This document shows positions 60,654 through 64,000 of a stretch of 64,000 nt of DNA, one piece after another (the first letter of the stretch is position 1; the number at the start of each line of letters is the position of its first letter). Under the pieces are notes generated by a model. That model did not search any database. It worked only from the letters and a program-made list of their open reading frames with translations, and was not told where the DNA came from. The translations under genes were made by a program, and so were the position numbers. Origin of the DNA: Oceanispirochaeta sp. (GTDB taxonomy: Bacteria > Spirochaetota > Spirochaetia > DSM-2461); contig CAXXOA010000001.1 in the NCBI GenBank assembly GCA_963666275.2, positions 2,176,001-2,240,000 of the forward strand, written 5' to 3'.

Positions 60654-60686
60654 GGCTTCATGAACTTGTTCATGGAGCTTTTTTTT
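60654..60686 (+). terminator. Terminator after the tRNA
   Basis: GGCTTCATGAAC/GTTCATGGAGCT stem plus T-run. Confidence 0.7.
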
Positions 60687-60848
60687 ATTAATTCAGGATT
60701 CGAAACGGAATGTAAAAATTATTGAATTTATGTTTATTTTCATGATTCTTCCAGGGCCGGTGGATTAATTCTTATGAATGCTCTATCTTCCAATACTGTC
60801 TAATGATTTATTATTCAAAGAACTGACAACAGGAAAGAGACAACTGAG

Positions 60849-61913
60849 ATGAAAAAAATATTCACCCTGCTTGCCATTGCCATACTTCTTATTCTGATAC
60901 CAGCCTGCGAACAGCCCACAGGTGAAGACAAAGAGAACCCGGATCCCTCCTCACAGGAGGATTCACCCCAGGAAGAAGAAGGGGCTGTAACCTTTTCCGA
61001 CCCTGTTCTTGAACAGGCTGTGAGAAACAATATCCATAAACCGGAAGGCCAATTAACACGGGATGACTGCCGGCAGGTTATTGCGCTGGATCTGTATAAT
61101 ACGGAACTGAAGGACATATCAGGGATCAGATACCTTACAAACCTCTACTCTCTCTATTTAAGGAATTCTCAGGTTTCAGATATATCGGAACTGGCTGATT
61201 TAACGGCCCTGAATGTACTGGGACTGGAAAACAATGCCATAGTAGATATCACTCCTCTGGCAAACCTTACTTCCCTGAAAACCCTGGAACTTAATGACAA
61301 CAGTATCTCTGACATCTCTTCTCTGGCAAAACTGGTTAACCTTGAAAAACTGAACCTCCGGGATAATGCCATAACCGACATATCCTCTCTGGAAAATATG
61401 GCGAACCTGAAAAGTCTGGATTTAAGAGACAATCAGATCTCAGATATTACGGTTTACCGGGGTTTTACAAATATCACCAAAGTTTATCTGAACCACAATC
61501 TTGTCTCGGATCTGACTCCCCTCTCAACCCTGGATCAGCTTACAAGTATCCTGGCCGAAGAGAATCAGATTTCCTCCCTCCCTTCTCTTAACCGCTTAAC
61601 CCTGGTGGATAACCTTATCATCAGCGGCAACGATATTTCTGATATTAGCGAACTGGCCTATCTGACCAGTCTCAGGGCTCTGGAAATGGCAAATAACAAA
61701 GTTTCCTCTGTGGAATCCCTGAAAGATATAGAATACCTCCTGTATGTCAATCTGAAGGGAAATCTGATAAGTGATGTATCCCCTTTAAAAAATACTATGG
61801 GCAAACACTCCCTCTCCTACACACTGAATATCAGAGACAATCCTCTGTCAACCGAATCGGTCAGTCAGCATATTCCCGACCTGCAAGACTCGGGGGTTGT
61901 TGTATATCACTAG
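60849..61913 (+). CDS. Internalin-like leucine-rich-repeat lipoprotein
   Basis: Lipobox IPAC; FSDPVLEQAVR cap; 22-aa LxxLxLxxNxIxDIxxL repeats. Confidence 0.9.
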   Translation: MKKIFTLLAIAILLILIPACEQPTGEDKENPDPSSQEDSPQEEEGAVTFSDPVLEQAVRNNIHKPEGQLTRDDCRQVIALDLYNTELKDISGIRYLTNLYSLYLRNSQVSDISELADLTALNVLGLENNAIVDITPLANLTSLKTLELNDNSISDISSLAKLVNLEKLNLRDNAITDISSLENMANLKSLDLRDNQISDITVYRGFTNITKVYLNHNLVSDLTPLSTLDQLTSILAEENQISSLPSLNRLTLVDNLIISGNDISDISELAYLTSLRALEMANNKVSSVESLKDIEYLLYVNLKGNLISDVSPLKNTMGKHSLSYTLNIRDNPLSTESVSQHIPDLQDSGVVVYH

Positions 61914-61994
61914 AAACAAAAAGGCTCTCCCCAAGGAGTTCAGAGATCTGTATAATAATGATCAGACTATAAAAAATATAAGAAGGAATACCTG

Positions 61995-62282
61995 ATGATT
62001 GCTATTTTTGCTGATTTTCCTCTGAAATCCGACAAAGTGGATGAGTTTCTTACCGCTGTGGCCCCCCTGATCAAAGCCTCCAACGAAGAGGAGGGCTGTA
62101 TCAGATACGAACTCCATAAAGCTCTGAATGAAGAGAATACCTACCTGATGATTGAAGAATGGAAAGATCAGGCTGCCATTGATTTTCACAATCAGACAGA
62201 ACATTTTACAACGATCGTTCCCCTATTCAGGGATATGCTGAGACAGGAGCAGAGAGTGGTACTCCACTCCAAAACACTCTAG
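61995..62282 (+). CDS. ABM-domain (putative quinol) monooxygenase
   Basis: SNEEEGCIRYELH, EEWKDQAAIDFHNQTEHF. Confidence 0.85.
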   Translation: MIAIFADFPLKSDKVDEFLTAVAPLIKASNEEEGCIRYELHKALNEENTYLMIEEWKDQAAIDFHNQTEHFTTIVPLFRDMLRQEQRVVLHSKTL

Positions 62283-62704
62283 TCAGAGTTCCCGGACCGC
62301 AGCCCTAGAGATTCCAGCCATTGAATCGCTTCTTCCTCGCTGGAAAACTCCCGGGAGGGAATGCCGACCTCTCCCTGATCTTTTCCTTTATCGATCAGGG
62401 AAATGGTATACTCCTTGAGGGCCCCGCCCAGAAGCATGGCCCGGGCCACCTGACCATTCTCTTCCGCCCAGTCGGAGATCCTGGAAAAGAACTGTATTCC
62501 CTCGGGAGTCCCCCCTTCCAGATGTCTCAAATCGGAGATGACGGCAAACTTTTCAAGAGAATTTTCTGACAGACATTTTTTATAATCTTCAAAAAACTGC
62601 CGAGCCCCTTCAATATTCCAGGACCGGAAAAAACGCATGATTACAATTTCACCGTGAACCGAGAGCTCATACTCCCCATGAGGATCAAATTCCATTTTTC
62701 TCAA
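62279..62704 (-). CDS. STAS/SEC14-like hypothetical protein
   Basis: ISDLR motif and FSSEEEAIQWL C-terminus. Confidence 0.6.
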   Translation of the reverse strand: MRKMEFDPHGEYELSVHGEIVIMRFFRSWNIEGARQFFEDYKKCLSENSLEKFAVISDLRHLEGGTPEGIQFFSRISDWAEENGQVARAMLLGGALKEYTISLIDKGKDQGEVGIPSREFSSEEEAIQWLESLGLRSGNSD

Positions 62705-63018
62705 GAATCTCCTTCTGTTGCTTCAGATACAAATTCTAGTTTATCAGAGGGTTTTCATCCAGATTTTCCTGATAGATTTATAGCTGAAAGCAGAAAATCA
62801 GAAGGGATTCTGTTTGTTCCGGCAGATGCCGGATAGAGAATGGAATTTACCGGGACTGTCATTTATATTTCCGTATCAAAAGGAAGAGCATCTGAAACAT
62901 CCTGCTGTATTTTGCCTCTCGTAAACTCTAAAATCAAATAAGGAAAATAAAAGATCATTTGTTTTTAAGATCCCGCGGATTTTATCCTGTATAGTGTCCT
63001 ATAAAGAGGCTGTATTGT

Positions 63019-64000
63019 ATGATTAAAAAGTTCTCTCCCCTGATAATCCTGTCCTTTATTGCTTTCATCTCACTGGGCCTTCCCGACGGTCTTCTGGGTG
63101 TAGCCTGGCCCGGTATCCGTGCCAGCTTTACCCTCCCTCTGGACGCGATGGGCTACTATCTTGTCACCATGACGGCGGGCTATACTCTCTCAAGTTTTTT
63201 TAACGGTTACTTTGTTAAAAAGATAGGACTGGGTGGACTTCTGGGATCCAGCTGCATTCTCACAGGGATCTCCCTTTTTATCTATACCATGACTCCCTAC
63301 TGGTTTATTTTCATCCTGGCTTCCTTTCTGGGAGGAATCGGCGCCGGCGCCATTGATGCGGGACTGAATACCTATATAGCCCAGAATCACAGTGAAAGGA
63401 TGATGCAGTGGCTTCATGCCTGTTTCGGAGTGGGCATAACCACAGGCCCCCTGATCATGACGATGGGGATCGCTTTCACAGGTTCCTGGCGCCGGGGATA
63501 CACAGTTGTGTTCCTGATTCAGATCCTTCTGGGAGTCCTGTTTTTTTCCTCCCGGAAACTCTGGTATCCCATCCATCTGAAAGAAGAGAATCACAGGAGT
63601 GAGGATGCCCCCCTGAGAGAATCCTTCAGATCCCTTCCGGTATGGCTGAGTATGTTCATATTTTTTATCTACGTGGGAACAGAAATCGGTATGGGACTCT
63701 GGGCCTTTACGTTTCTGACCGAAGCCCGGGGTATTTCTGAAATGGCCGCCGGCTTTGTCACAGGAAGCTACTGGGCCGTATTCACTCTGGGACGAATCCT
63801 GGCAGGTCTCTACGGCCGGAAAATATCATTGAAGGTCCTGATGAACAGCTGTATCCTCCTCTCCATAGCGGGAACTCTGATGCTGCTTCTGCCTCTTCCT
63901 GCTGTGTTCACCATGGGGGGAATCTGTCTGACAGGATTTGCGGTGGCCCCCATCTTTCCCGGTCTGGTTTCGGACACGGAAATCCGGGTGGGCCGCAGGC
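63019..64000 (+). CDS. MFS transporter, 3'-partial
   Basis: Hand translation MIKKFSPLIILSFIAFISLGLPDGLLGVAWP...GAIDAGLN...WLHACFGVG; runs off the window. Confidence 0.88.
   Translation, partial: MIKKFSPLIILSFIAFISLGLPDGLLGVAWPGIRASFTLPLDAMGYYLVTMTAGYTLSSFFNGYFVKKIGLGGLLGSSCILTGISLFIYTMTPYWFIFILASFLGGIGAGAIDAGLNTYIAQNHSERMMQWLHACFGVGITTGPLIMTMGIAFTGSWRRGYTVVFLIQILLGVLFFSSRKLWYPIHLKEENHRSEDAPLRESFRSLPVWLSMFIFFIYVGTEIGMGLWAFTFLTEARGISEMAAGFVTGSYWAVFTLGRILAGLYGRKISLKVLMNSCILLSIAGTLMLLLPLPAVFTMGGICLTGFAVAPIFPGLVSDTEIRVGRR

Noticed and set aside
60574..61913. tRNA-Arg as an integration site for the downstream LRR gene
   Set aside because: No integrase and no duplicated tRNA 3' end visible in the window

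Overview
The window looks like part of a spirochaete chromosome (inferred from CheX, spirochaete-type lipoproteins and NADase-type glycan-binding proteins). About 42 kb (~6.9-49.1 kb) is a contractile injection system (CIS/eCIS-like) in two divergent operons. The minus operon encodes gp25, baseplate J, a Pvc16-like protein, two sheaths, two tubes, a LysM tube initiator, a gp27-like hub, a tail-chaperone pair probably joined by a -1 frameshift, and a tape-measure-position protein. Interleaved among these are envelope proteins, FHA and VWA proteins, and a Ycf46-type AAA/DUF1257/DUF2997/radical SAM set. The plus operon encodes LuxR, gp5 and a gp5-PAAR fusion. Each operon ends in a polymorphic toxin cassette array in which later cassettes begin with a duplicated 3' fragment of a structural gene. 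On the left the unit is [tape-measure tip]-[DUF4157]-[effector with shared N-terminal domain]-[exported immunity], present three times plus an orphan repeat. On the right the unit is [PAAR extension]-[exported immunity]-[C39/M23-like effector], present twice. No lysis genes were recognised, which suggests an envelope-anchored, antibacterial, T6SS-like CIS with swappable payloads. The flanks carry an IgaA-like gene, a flavoprotein/LysR pair, cheX, udk, ABC-F, dacA, an M18 peptidase, an ABC transporter, rpiB, deoD, tRNA-Arg(CCG), an LRR lipoprotein and an MFS transporter. All family calls are by motif recognition only; no database searches were run.
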